DNA of 64,000 nt from Geosiphon pyriformis uo1 (Eukaryota; Fungi; Glomeromycota). The stretch covers positions 41,543 to 105,542 of the forward strand of contig JAAOMT010000742.1 of NCBI GenBank assembly GCA_016748015.1. Direction: 5' to 3'. How positions within the stretch are numbered: the first letter of the stretch is position 1; each line of letters begins with the position of its first letter. The position numbers and the translations under genes were made by a program. The notes under the pieces are model-generated. The model was not told the origin of the DNA, did no database searches, and worked only from the letters and a program-made list of their open reading frames with translations. This document shows, in pieces, positions 36,001-48,900 of this stretch.

Positions 36001-37673
36001 CAAAGCCAACTCCATAATTAGCAATTGTTAATAACAAATTTTTACTTACAAAAATGCAATCTAAAATTTTCTCAATATTTTTCGAATTGCTTCAAGTAAA
36101 AGCTTTAATTAATAGATATTCACCAAATAAATTGACCAAATAGAACTTAAAACTTGCATTCTTTTTAGACCTATTTTTATTGAAATCTCCATTCAAAACC
36201 ACAAAAATACTAAAGTTAACTGCTCTAGTAATACAAAGTTAACTTCTGCAGTCTAACCAAATCTAATATTAGCAAAAGTACCAGTGTATAAACCCAAAAT
36301 TATAATTAAAAACTTGTTTTTGAAGAAAAGCTATACTAAAATAACCCAATTAAGAATTTTTTTTACTTTAGATATGTATTAAGCCAGAAAATAATTAATA
36401 ATAATAGCTATACCAGTGTTAAAAAAATTTCTATCCAAACCAGATGTGAAAATCTACACTCTATTAAATTTATTTACAATTCATAACTTAATATAAGATC
36501 TTAATTTTATTTCTATAACAATAGAAACCATGTTATTCAAACTTTTATGCCAATAAACAACGTTTTTTTGCTTTGCAAGAACATTAATATTCCAAACATT
36601 ACATATAGTAAACTTTTATATTAAATCAGTTATTAAAACAATAAAAACATTAAAGTGTTTAAGCCAGAGCACAATTAATTCAATTTTACTAAAACTAAAC
36701 TAACTAAAACTTTAAAAGCTATTATTTTCGATTTTAAGTCACCTATTTTGGTAGTTAGAATCTTTGAATTATTTAAATCCAAATTTGAAACTTTTTTTTT
36801 TATAACTCAAGAAAGAAAAACAAACAACATAAGTAAATTATTCAAAACCATATCCAAATTTGAATTTGAATTTAATAATACAGACACAATAAAAAAAGAA
36901 AATTGAAGAATAAATACCAGAAATACCAGATCTACAAAGCTTAATTTTTGTGTAATACTTGATACTTGATCTGCCAAAAGCTCTAATAAGCATTCCAAAA
37001 ATGCCAAGCAGACATTATTATATAAATTATTTTGAACAACCAAAAGACTTTCTTTAATATATAAAGCAATAAAAAAGAAAGGTTCAAAACCAAAGCCAGA
37101 GTAAGTATTATTAGAAAAAACAGTAAGCAAAACTATTTGAACCTAAAATTTGTCACTGAATATAGCAGAACAGAAAATAGAAACACTTTTCTTAGCATAC
37201 AATTTAGCCAACTAAAAGTGATTTTTTTCCAAAACAACTCTCTTAAAAATTTTTTTAGAAGACAAAACAAATATGTTTAATACATCACACTTTAAAGCTG
37301 AATGTCTAAAATGTTTACACTTTTTACAATAAACCAAATTTAACCTAGCCCAAAAAAATTTTATACTACCAAAAATTGGCTCTGTGCAAAAAGCAGTCTC
37401 AAGTTTCTTATTTATCTCAAAACCAACTACAGTACAGCAAATTTTATTGCCAATATCAAATAATTAGTTAATGATACAAGTTTTTTTACTAGCTTTTTTT
37501 AATAAAGCACCAAGATTATAAGTCATTGTTCTTACAGACAAAATAAACAAAAGTGCTTTAAACTAATTTTTAAACATACAAGTTTTACAATCTCCTATAG
37601 TTTTTGCTATATAAACAAATTTTTTTCTAATTAAGAATAACAATTTTGCTGTCAATTAATTTGTTTAAGTCAA
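33071..37673 (-). mobile_element. Decayed non-LTR retrotransposon (LINE) with APE endonuclease and RNase H; (TAA)n tail
   Basis: (TTA)n at 33071-33093. APE N-terminus ~36400-36630 (CNVWNINVLAKQ, SIVIEIKL, IFTSGLD). RNase H relic ~34280-34500 (IYTDSSL, LAELQTVALSLKC). The 3' UTR resembles 40123-40250. RT core not clearly readable and probably partly deleted. Confidence 0.72.
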
Positions 37674-40600
37674 TATTACTTATAAAGATTAAGAATTATA
37701 ATAAGTAAATAAAATAGCCAATCAAAAATAAAAATAGTAGAAAAAAAAATTTGAAGATTCTTCTTGAGAAATTACAAAATATCAGAATTTCAGAATTTTT
37801 ATATCTTTCTTAAAAAATTGCAGAATTTCAGAATTTCTTTCAAAAAAATTGAAAAATTTTAAAAAATCTTGTATAAAATGAATTATGTATATATAGTAAA
37901 AGTATTAAAAACAGAAAAAGTATTAAAAAAAAGTTCAGATTAGTTTAGAACAACAATACTTTTTTATTAATAATTATATGTAAAAATTCTTTGTTTTTTT
38001 AATTTTATGACCATAATTAGAGCAAAGAATAAAAAAGCTGTACTTGATATTTTTCCTGAAATATCTAATAAAATTTTAACTAAAAGAGCTCTTTCTATTG
38101 TAGAAGCAACTAAGCAGAACATTTTAAAAGTCTTCTCTTTACCTAGTAATCATAAAAAGCTGCTTTTAGTAGCTACTGAAACAACTTTATCATCTTTAGC
38201 TGGTTTTTCATCAATCAAAATTCTTTTAAAGAGACACATGTAGGTTAGTCTTAATGTTGCTTTTACCTTAACTAAAAGCCCAAAAGTTTTTAATAATAAA
38301 TCTGTAAACAAGCTGGTCTTCTTTTTTCTTGCTTTAACATCTGGTGCTGCTAGTACTATCTCTTCAAAAAATATGGTCAAAAAGACCAAAAGTTCAGAAA
38401 AGTGAGAGCAGCTGCTTGCCTTTGCTATTGTTATACCAAACCCCTTTGTGAGATCTTATATGAGATCTCTATAGCATCATCCGGCAGATTATCCAAGATA
38501 AACCAAGATTAACTACTGACTGTGTTGCCAAATGTAGTGTTTTCTGATAAATCATCACCAGTTTTAAAAGCAAAACAATCTTTTTCTGTTGGATTACCTG
38601 TTCTTAAGAACTAGACTGATCAAATAGAAACTGAATTATCTTCTTCTCTAGTTTCTAGTACTACTTCTGGTAGTGTTTGAGAGACTATTACTAGTTATCA
38701 AAGATTTGCTGAGTAGATGGTCTCCACTTTGATGTCTGGTGCCATTTTCAAGATCAAATTAACTTATGTTAAGACTGTTTTCCAGTTTGTGCATGGTTTT
38801 TTGGATGCAAAGTCAGTTGTAAAAGACAATATAAAACTCTTTTGTATGAAGTTTGCTTCCCAAATCTCTTTGGATACTGTATTTTTGGTCGAGCTCACAA
38901 GCTCTATTCACCTTGCTACTCTTAAAATTGTCAAGTCTTTGATGGTTTCTGAGTTTGGCTCCTCTTCTGCTGTTGTTGCATTGCATGATGTGCTTTTGGA
39001 TATGTTTGCTGTTAACATTAAGACAGCTCTCAGTGTTTTTGGTATAGTTGTTCATGTTGTGCTGAAGTCTGCTAGCATTTGGCAATATGTGGTGGTTTAT
39101 TTTGAGAAGTTAGACTCTGCTGTGTTTGCTCTGAATCATTGGTCAGTTTTGGTAGACAAAAATAGTATTAGAATCTTTTTTTTGGTGAATCAAAATAAAA
39201 CTATTCTGTTTTGTAATAGATTTAAGGCCAAATTGGTCAATCTTTCTTTTGGCTGTACTGCTTTTAAGATTAGTGATATGATCTCTCAGGTTGGTGATTA
39301 GACATGTTTTATTTCTTGGTCTCCTAATTCTGGTTATTATTTCTAGTTTGCTCTGATTATATTTGAGTCTTAGGCTAATTTGAATTTTGCAATTACCAAA
39401 ACTGGTACATTAAGAAAATGCTATATTTGGTGAGAAACTCTTGGTCATTGGCATTGTTTTAGGTGTCAAAAGATGGACCATCTGGCTGTGAACTGTGAGA
39501 TCTTTCCACTCCTCTTTCTCAAGACTCTCAAGTTGTTTAAATCACATTTTGTGAGTTTTATATTATATGCAAAGATCTTTTCTTCTTTTAAGCTTTCTGA
39601 GTTTCTTTTGTTGGTTGCTTTTGTTTTTTCTTCTGTGACTGTTAACAATTCTTTATTGTTCTTTTAGTTGATCTCTCTGGAATCTGATTTGGCCAAGCTT
39701 TCTGTTTTGGTAGAGTCTATTGTTAAACCTGTTGGTTTTTTGGTCAAAGTATTTGAACAATTCATTAATGGGATTTGGTTTCGAGTAGTAAACTTGGCCT
39801 TAAAATTAATGAAGTTTTAGTACATATAGGTTTTTTTAGTAAGATAATTGATAAGTTGAGAAGAGAAGTGGTTTTTTTGAAGAAAAAATGCTACATAGAA
39901 GACATTAATATATCTGGTAGTTCAGAGCTTCTATCTGTTATAAGTAATAAGATGTTTTCTGATTTGATGTCCCTTTAGGAGCATAAATTTGTTAATATTA
40001 GAACTAATTTCTTTAAAACTGCCAAGTGGCTGGTTGGATTGGTTTCTTGCAGTACAACTTTGTTTTTTGTCATTCAAAAGATGTTATCTTTGGATAAGTT
40101 TTCTTCTGTAGCATCAGTATAATGTGTTCTTGACTAGTTTAAGTGACTAGTCATGTATAGAAAGTGCATAATTAGCATTTAGTATAGATTACTTAATTTA
40201 ATGTATTGTTTTAAGTAGCTTGTGGGCCTTGTTCATTAAACTTTAATAAAAAAAACAATACTTCTTCCTTTAAAAATAGTTTTCTATAACTTGAAATAGA
40301 ATTATTTTTATATCAATAAAATTATTCATTATTATTTAATTCATGTTATTATCGCTTGATTAAAGAAATATTAATTGTTGATAAAATCTAATACTTAATT
40401 ACACTAGACCAATAAATTTTAATCATAGCTATTAATAAGATACTAATTTCTTATTTCATTTTTTTATTTATTTATTTTTATTTATTTTTTTTTGTTTTGT
40501 TTCTTTGTTGTTTATCAATTAATTATAAAAATTAAGCACTGAGTATTTGACATCAAAAATAGTTTGGTAAAAGACCTGAAAACAAAAGTAAAAAACTTAA

Positions 40601-43600
40601 AAATAGCTTACTAAAAGAGCATAACTGTTAAAATAAACTAATTATTATGCTAAAAAAAAAATTCAACCAAAACTTTTAGACTTTAAAATCTTCAAAAATT
40701 ACCAATATTCTCAACTATTAAACAACAAATTATGAATTTGTTATTTGTTTTAATATCCTAAATTATTATTTGTAATATTTGGTGCTCTTTGTAAAGTATA
40801 ATCCAACAAAAAACTAGTACTAACATTAATTATCCAGAAAAGTAACAGAATCAGAAATAATAGAAACAAATTATTTAAAATTCACCAAATCTTTATTTTA
40901 ATATTACCAAACTTATTTTGGATTAACAAATAACTATTGACCAGCAGAATTAGTTTTCAACTTTTATATCAACAAAAAAATTAAATTCTACTTGAAAGAC
41001 CAAGAAAATCTAAAAGTAATCTTTCAAAATTTCTAGAATAAATTATTCTAAAACACAAAATTTCTACAAAATTATTTGTTTGCTCTATTAATTACAAAAA
41101 TAAATCAAGAAATTAAGAATTAAACCCAGCAAAAATTTCTTATTATTTTTGTAAACAAAGATAAAAGAAAGTTACAAACTTTAGCAAAAACACCAAGAAA
41201 AATACAACTGCTTACTTAAAAGAAACAAAGAATCATTTTACTTATTTATCTATTATATCATTATGTATTAGAAAGTACTATCCACATACCATTTAGATTT
41301 ATATTATTATCAACTGCAAAAATACTATTATCCAGAGTATCATTCCAAAATAACCAGAAAAAAGCCAAACTATTAAAAATTTATAGCAATTTTTTTAAAA
41401 AATTTAAATTGTGACCAATAATTCTATCAAAACTTTGATTATTGTTACTTCAACCAAATTTCGGATCTATTAATCATTGGAAAAACATTAATTCAGAAAA
41501 AAAAAAGACAGCAATCAAAAAAATAATAATCAAAACTCAATTTTAATTAACTTAGAAATTATAATTTCAATTGTTTAAATTCAGTTAAACTTAAATAATT
41601 TAAATCCAGCTCCTATTTTTCCAGAAAACTTACTTTTTATTATTCTAATTAATCAACTGCCATTGTTATTTAGCAATAACTATAACAACAATTATTATTT
41701 ATACCAATAGTCTATACACCAATCACAAAACTTGAAAAATTTACTGGTAAAAAAGACAACACTCAAGTATGACTAAACAATATAGCAAAAATCATTACAG
41801 CCAATAGATAGAACAATCCCAAAACACTTTAAAACATTTCATACTTTTTTTAAGATACTACTAACTTGTAATATCAGAGTTTAGTTAACAAGCCACAAAT
41901 TTTTAACATATTTAAAACCATATTTTTACAATATTTCAGCAATTACAACAACATTAATCAGTTATTAATTAGCTTTACTATTATTAAACAAAACAATACT
42001 AAAACAGTCACTACATATTTAGGATATTTTTATCAAAAACTGTGTCAAATTCAGACAATTAAAGCTGACTACTTTATAGTATTACAGATTTTGAATTAAT
42101 TTATCTGTAGATTATACAACAACTTATTATAATAAGTATGTCTAATACACCCAAATACTTTTTAAAATATAGTTACAGATACCAAAGATTTTAAATTGGC
42201 TGAACTTAAAGCCAACTATTTACAAGCCATAAATCTAGTTATGAACAAATTATCTGAATTAAATTCTAAGCTAAAATAATTTAGTGATTTTATTAACCAG
42301 AAATTAGAGAAATACTTAACTAACAATTAGGTAATCTAATAATTTTTTTAATATTATTACAATTAAGAAAATTTCAATTGCTTCTAACAACAATCATATT
42401 TATTATTATTAGCCAATTTATTATCACAACAAGAAATACATAATTGTTACTACTGTAGTAAATAAGACTATCTAAAAGCAAATTGTTGTTCCAGGTCTAA
42501 CAATTTACAATTAAGAATATAAAAACTCCAATCACAGATCTTAAATTCTGAGTTATACTAACAACTTTACCAAACAATATTAGTATTAGTTTTAGTATAT
42601 CCCAATAATACAACAACTAATATACATACTTTTAATCTATTTAACCTCAATGCTGATAATTTATCAAATCTTACAGTTACAAATAATTTATTAATCACAA
42701 TAAATTCAAGCACTACTTTAAGTGATTGTGCCAATATTAACCAAAAATTCTAGGCTAAGAATCACTTACACCCAACAGAATTAAAGATTGGCAATAGTTA
42801 TGCACCAATTGATCTCTAGTTCATTAAACTAGTTATCAAGATTATGTTCAAGAAATTCAAAAAATAAGTACATCTAAACACAAATTTTCAAAACTATTTA
42901 AGTTTCTTAGTAATCTCAAAAATAGTAATACTCAAATTACTAGAAACTAATCTAATACTACTTACTAACAACATCTTATTAACAATAGTTATAGAGAATG
43001 AATCACTTGTAGCTATCTTTCTTTTTGAATTAGAAAAATCAGCAATAAAATTTTTATTCAATAAAGCTGCTTTTAATATTAAACCAATTACTACAATGTA
43101 CATAAATATTAAAATTGATGGCCAATCTATCAAACTAATTTTTAATAGCAAATTAGTAGACAGTATTATTATATAACAACTTATAGACTAATTAAGTTGC
43201 TGAGTTAATTGTACTGCCAATACCAAAATTATTACAGCTAATAAAATAATCAAAATTTCTATTGGCAAAATCAATAACTTTTTTTTGAAATTAATAGTAT
43301 TATTGTATTCATCAAAGTTCTTATTATAGAAGTCACACGATACCAAGTTCTTGTTAATAATAACTGATTGTCTAAAAGTAATATTATGTTTAACTGAAAT
43401 ATTCAAAAGCTACAACTTAATCAAAATAGTTAGTATGCTTGAGTACTAGCTATTTGCAGTTACTTTAAAGCAATCCAATTACAGTTACTAATAGAATTTA
43501 AGAAAAAAAAAAACTTACTTAAGAGACTTATTAAATTTTATAAAATGAAGACAATTACAAAGAGCTACCACCAATATTTTCTTAAAACAACAAGAAGAAA

Positions 43601-44436
43601 AAAAAATAATGAACTACAAGCAACCACCTTCACAGAAAAAACAGATAATAATTAACATGTTTTATACTTAATAAAACCAAAAAAAAAACCACTTTATATT
43701 TTACTCAAATACAAGAACTACAAAAAAAAGCTTTTCTTTATAAAAGCTTGAATATTATTCAAAAAAACTACTATATATATACTTGCTACTACTGCAAAGC
43801 ATACTATTGAGAATGCTTTAATTACTTAAAACAACAAGAAAAGTAAAACAATAAATTATGTCTTACTTGTGGAAAAACACTATTTAATAAAGGAATATAG
43901 AATAATATTTCTGGTTAAAAAAGAATATGTAATATATTATGCTAATACATAATTCTTATAAGCAACTAGATAAGCAGAGAAATGTTTTTTAATATTGTAT
44001 AGAACAAAATTTTTTTGTTTGGATAGTTATTTACATAATAAAAATAAAATCTGGAGAATAACAAGTATTAAAGTTAAAAACACTTTACTTAATAAAATAT
44101 TAATAATTAAAAACAACTTACCAAAACTCATTAAAACTATTTTTATTCTAAATTTAGACAGCTTTGTTGACATTTTGAGTGATCCAGAACAATTTTATAA
44201 ATACTACCAAAATTTGGCACTTATTAGAAAAGAGCAAAAACAGTATTTAGAATAATAAAATACCAAATTCTGTAAACATTGCTTAATTTTCAGTAACTTC
44301 AAATATTGAAATAATTGTAACCTTATTTTTAATTTATAATCATGTATAATTTATTCAATTTCTAAAAAAAAGAACCAATTAGTAAGTGCACTTTAGAATT
44401 AAAATTGAAATTTAATTGTGATTTAAACTTTGATGA
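37674..44436 (+). mobile_element. Old family B-like Gypsy element B1 (5' LTR, gag, PR, Cys-rich domain; continuation displaced by B2)
   Basis: 5' LTR 37674-40777 (split by the ORF1-only LINE), ending TGTAATA then PBS TTTGGTGCTCTTTG. Gag (KLEKFTGKKDNTQV, ELKANYLQAINLVMN) and protease collinear with 51300-55500. Confidence 0.85.
37965..40253 (+). mobile_element. Non-autonomous LINE derivative encoding only ORF1 (decayed, 38007-40122), with poly(A) and 13-bp TSD
   Basis: TSD AACAATACTT(T/C)TT at 37952-37964 and 40254-40266. RRM-like segments (QYVVVYFEKLDSA, KAKLVNLSFGCTAF) and CCHC knuckle CFRCQKMDHLAVNC (~39455-39496). Stop at 40120-22, then a LINE-type 3' UTR and A-tail. Confidence 0.82.
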
Positions 44437-45119
44437 TGTTATAAGTGATTATTTGGGGTCTTAAAGCAAATAACAAACCTTTAACTTGGTGCTCAATTAA
44501 TATGATGTTAGTTCCTAGAAGTTAACTGTATTTGAAGGTTTTGGTTGAGTTCTTTATATAATAAACAGAGATTTCAATGTGATTTTTTTTAAATAGTGTT
44601 CCCAATATTAACTCATGGGTTAAGTAGTTGTTGTCTGTTGCTTCTCAGAATTGTAATTCCATCAATTTTTTTCTCAACATAGTGGCTGGCAATCTTCTAG
44701 TAAGTTATCCTTAAATTTGAATATCTACCCTTATTCCTGGGTCTTTTACCAGTGCTATATTCTGATGTCAATAACTCAGCACTTTAATTTTTTAATCAAT
44801 TAGTACACAACTAAAAATAACAAAACAAAAAAAAAGAAAATAAAAGAAAATAAAAAGATAAGCCAAGACAATGAATATTAGTATTTCATCAATAACCACA
44901 ATCAAGAGCTATTGTTTCAGTATGGTTAAGTATTTAATTACTATCAACATGAAGTGTTGATAATAGGGAGTAGATTTGAAATATTAAATAATTATTTATT
45001 AATATTTGTAATGTGAACAGTTGCTTAAATCAAAGCTAAAACTTCTTTTGGTCTGTTTTTTTTGCTTCTAATGCTACTGCTATATATACCTAATTTATGT
45101 TCTACAAGATTGTTTACAT

Positions 45120-45262
45120 TCTTAAGCAATATGCTATGATTTCTTAAGCAATGTTCACATAGCTAAGCAATATGCTTTAATTTCTAATATTATTCCATAT
45201 TGCTAAGCAATGTGCCATAATTTTTGACATTACTTCATATTGCTGAGCAATGTGCTTATATG
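45120..45262. repeat. B2-specific U3 array with palindromic core ATTGCT-N-AGCAAT
   Basis: catattgctaagcaatgtgc, catattgctgagcaatgtgc, catagctaagcaatatgc and two cttaagcaat half-sites. Confidence 0.8.
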
Positions 45263-45334
45263 CTAACTACTATTCCTTTATTGGTCTACTATTTTCTATC
45301 TCTGTTTTTTTATAAGTAACATTATCTTCTCCTT

Positions 45335-45969
45335 TTAATATTAAGCTCCATCAAAATTCTTATTTTGAATTATATCAAATATTTTTTTTTCAAGTAGCAT
45401 TTGTTCTACTCTACTCTTTATTTCTTCAATTTGTGAGTTATTTATTCTTCACCATTGGTTGATAGTTATTGTTTCTATGTCAGAATGTAACAATATTTTT
45501 GGGTAGTTTTGAAATATAATATGTAGTCAATAAATAGTTCTAATGTATAGTGTCAAGTTTGTTTTCTTTCCAATAATATCTTCAATGTTCTGGATTATCT
45601 TTTAATTGAAGATTCTCTTGGATTTGTCAAGATATAACTTCTAAATATTTACTTTTTGTTCCAATTAATAGTAGCAGTATGATATTAGAAATTAGTCTAT
45701 TCATTGGTTTTAATTTTTTTTCATCAGTTTTTCTGTTGGAATGATGATGGTTATCTTTCCAAAAATGTTCTTTACTTTCTCTACTATTTTATCTGACCAG
45801 TTTATTGATTGTTTTTGTAGTCACTGGTATTGTGTACTTTTCCCTTTTTGTTTGGTGTTTTGATAACAAATTGGTTGGTTTTGATAATAATTTTCATGTT
45901 TACTTGCTGTTAATTTAAAGCCTGAAACAATTGTTGAGCTAAAATGTGAATATAGTCTGGTATTTCCGT
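45335..45969 (-). pseudogene. Accessory ORF3 of B2 (decayed)
   Basis: Manual translation: EIPDYIHILAQQLFQAL...KLYLDKSKRIF...TLYIRTIY*LHIIFQNYPKILLHSDIETITINQW*RINNSQIEEIKSRVEQMLLEKK; aligns to B3 ORF3. Confidence 0.7.
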
Positions 45970-48900
45970 TTTTTTTTGTTGCTTTTGTTGTATATACTGT
46001 GTTTTTATATATTCTTTTGGTTGTTTAATTTGATATGTTTGGTTCAATAACTATGATTGGTTCCAAATCTTGTGAAATTTCATTTGGTTAAACTAGTATT
46101 CTCTATGCTCTCAGTTGTAGAATATTACTGGTAAATGCTAATACTATGTTTTGATATAGTTTTAGTCAATCTCTATATACTGCTTTGGTTAAGATTTTGT
46201 TGTTCAACCTTAATTTATAAGCTTTATTTCCTAGAATTTCTTCTAATTGAAATGGTCCATTCTATTTGGGGTTAAATTTTCCACTTCATTGTTTTTCCAT
46301 TTTGGTATGATGTAAAAATACTTTGTCGCCAATCCTGAATTTGACTAATTTATTTGATAATTGGTTATTGTGTCTTTTTTTTTGTTTTTTTTGTGACTTT
46401 TGAATGTTATTAGCTGCTTTTTGTCATTTATTTTCTAGTGTCTTCATTAAGTCATATGTTTTTTTTAACAATGTTCTTTAAAAATTCTCTTCTGTTATTA
46501 GTTCTGTTAAATATGTTTTGACTTCTATCTCAACTGGTAATGTTGCTGTTCTATTGTATACTAATTTAAATAATGTTGCTTGTATAGTGTCTTGCTTTAT
46601 TGTTTGGTAAGCAAATAATACTAATAGTATGAACAAATCTCATTCATTCTGGTTTTTTTGGCTGATTTTAGCAATTGCTTCACACAATGTTCTGTTAAAT
46701 CTTTCAACTAATCTATTTATTTGTGAGTAGTATAATAATGATAATGGTCTTTTTATCTTAAATCTTTAACTTAATTTTGTTAATGTTCTATTCACAAAGT
46801 AAGTTTCTTGATTTGATAATAGTTTTTTTAAACATCTATGTCGACAGATCAAATCTTGATGAATGAATTTGGCAATGGATTCTGTATCTGCTTTTTGAAT
46901 GGCTTTTGCTTCTGGTCATTTTGTGAGATAATTCATGGCTACTACAATATATTTGTTGTCTTTGCTAATTATTGTTAATGGTCTGATTAAGTTAATTCCA
47001 ATGTAATTAAATAGTTGTTCTACTTTGATTGGTCTTAACAGTTTATTGGATCTTGTTTTTCCTCTTCTCTAATAAGCATCACAATTTTGAACATATTGGA
47101 TAATATTGGAATATATTGATAGCCAATAATATTTTTTTTTGATTCTTTCCATGGTTGCTTTTTTGTGAAAATGTTCTACTGTTGAATCTAAGTGCATGTT
47201 GAATAATATTGTCTCTTTCTCTGGTTCTGTAATTATTCTAATTGGTTAATCTGGATTTTTTTTGTTTTTTTTGGTAAAATATATTTTGATGGTTGATAAA
47301 ATATTTTGATTGTTGTTTTATGTTGTTTTGTTCCTTTTGAGATAATTTTCGTTGAACAATTGTGTATTTATGTAATATTAAAGTTGTTAGTATTTTTCTA
47401 TATTTATCTTTTGTTATATTTTTTTGGGTAAAATGTTTTTAAATTTGTTTCATTCGTTATAAACCATTGGCATTTTCATTTTTTTTTCCTTTTTTGTAAT
47501 GTACTGTATAATTAAATGATAAAAGTTCTATTTTCTATCTGGCATAACAATTATTTCTAAATTTTTGCTTCTAAATTAAAGTCAATCCTTTATGATTAGT
47601 GTATACATCAAACTTTTAACTTAAGTATTTTTTCTATTTTATAACTGCCCAATAGATAGCTAAGTGTTTTAATATTAGAGTTTTATAGTTCTTTTCAGCT
47701 GGACTTAAGCTTTTATTGGCATAAGCTACTAGGTGTTCTTGTTCATCTGGTCTTTTTTAAGATAATACTGTTCCTAATGCTTGACCAGATGCATTTGTTG
47801 TGATTATGAATGGCTTGCTATAATCTGGATAGATCAATACTGAAGCTTGAATAAGCTTTCTTCTTAATATATCAAAAGCTTTTTGCTAAGTTTCTGTCTA
47901 TTCATATCTGGTGTTTTTGTTTAGAGCTGGTATAATAGCTGAGCCAGTTTGGAAAAGTCTTTGATAAAACAATAGTAGTAATCCACAAATCCTAAGAATA
48001 CTCATAGTTCCGTCAAGTTGGTAAGTACTGGAAAGTTCTTAACTATCTCAATTTTATTTGAATTTATTTTGATTCCATTTTTGCTCACATTATGTTCCAA
48101 AGAAATACTTAGTTGTATTTAATTTTAATCTGGCTCTTCTTAGTCTTTCAAATACTTGTTGAAGATAGTGTAAATGATCATCAAATATTTTGGAGAACAT
48201 ATTGGTGTTATTTAGATACACAACTACTGATTTTCATAGCAGTCTAGTATAGACAATTTCCATAAGTCATTGAAATGTGGCTGGAACATTCATCAAGCCA
48301 AATGGCATAATCTCAAATTCAAAATTTTTTTCTTGAATCATAAAAGCCATTTTCTTTTTGTTTTTTGAATTTATGGCTACTTGTCAGTAACTACTATCTA
48401 AATCTAAAGTTGAGAACCATTTTTTTCTTCTAAAAGTGTCAAACAGCTCTTGGATCTTTGGAGTTGAGTAGCTATCTCCTTTTGTTACTTCATTTAGTTT
48501 CTGGTAATTTACACAAAAGCAGATTTTTCTATTTTTTTTATGAACTAGTACCACTGATGATGACCATAAGCTTATTAATAGCTGAATTAGCCCATTGTTA
48601 AGCATTTGATTGATTTCTTAATGAATGATTTTATGGCTGGCTGGTGGTATTCTGTATGCTCTTTGTTTAATTGGTATTGCATTTTTAGTCTTAATCTGAT
48701 GCTGAATTATGTCAATTCTGCCAAATTCATTTTTGCTGGCAAAGATATTATTAAAGTTGTTGAGTAATATTTTGAGCTACATATGTTGTAATAAGTCTAG
48801 ATTTTCTAAGTTTATCTGTTCCAATTGTTTTAGTTGAAGCAGATAACATTCTTCTCGTTCATATATTGTTTGAGATGTAATATCTACATATTCACACAGT

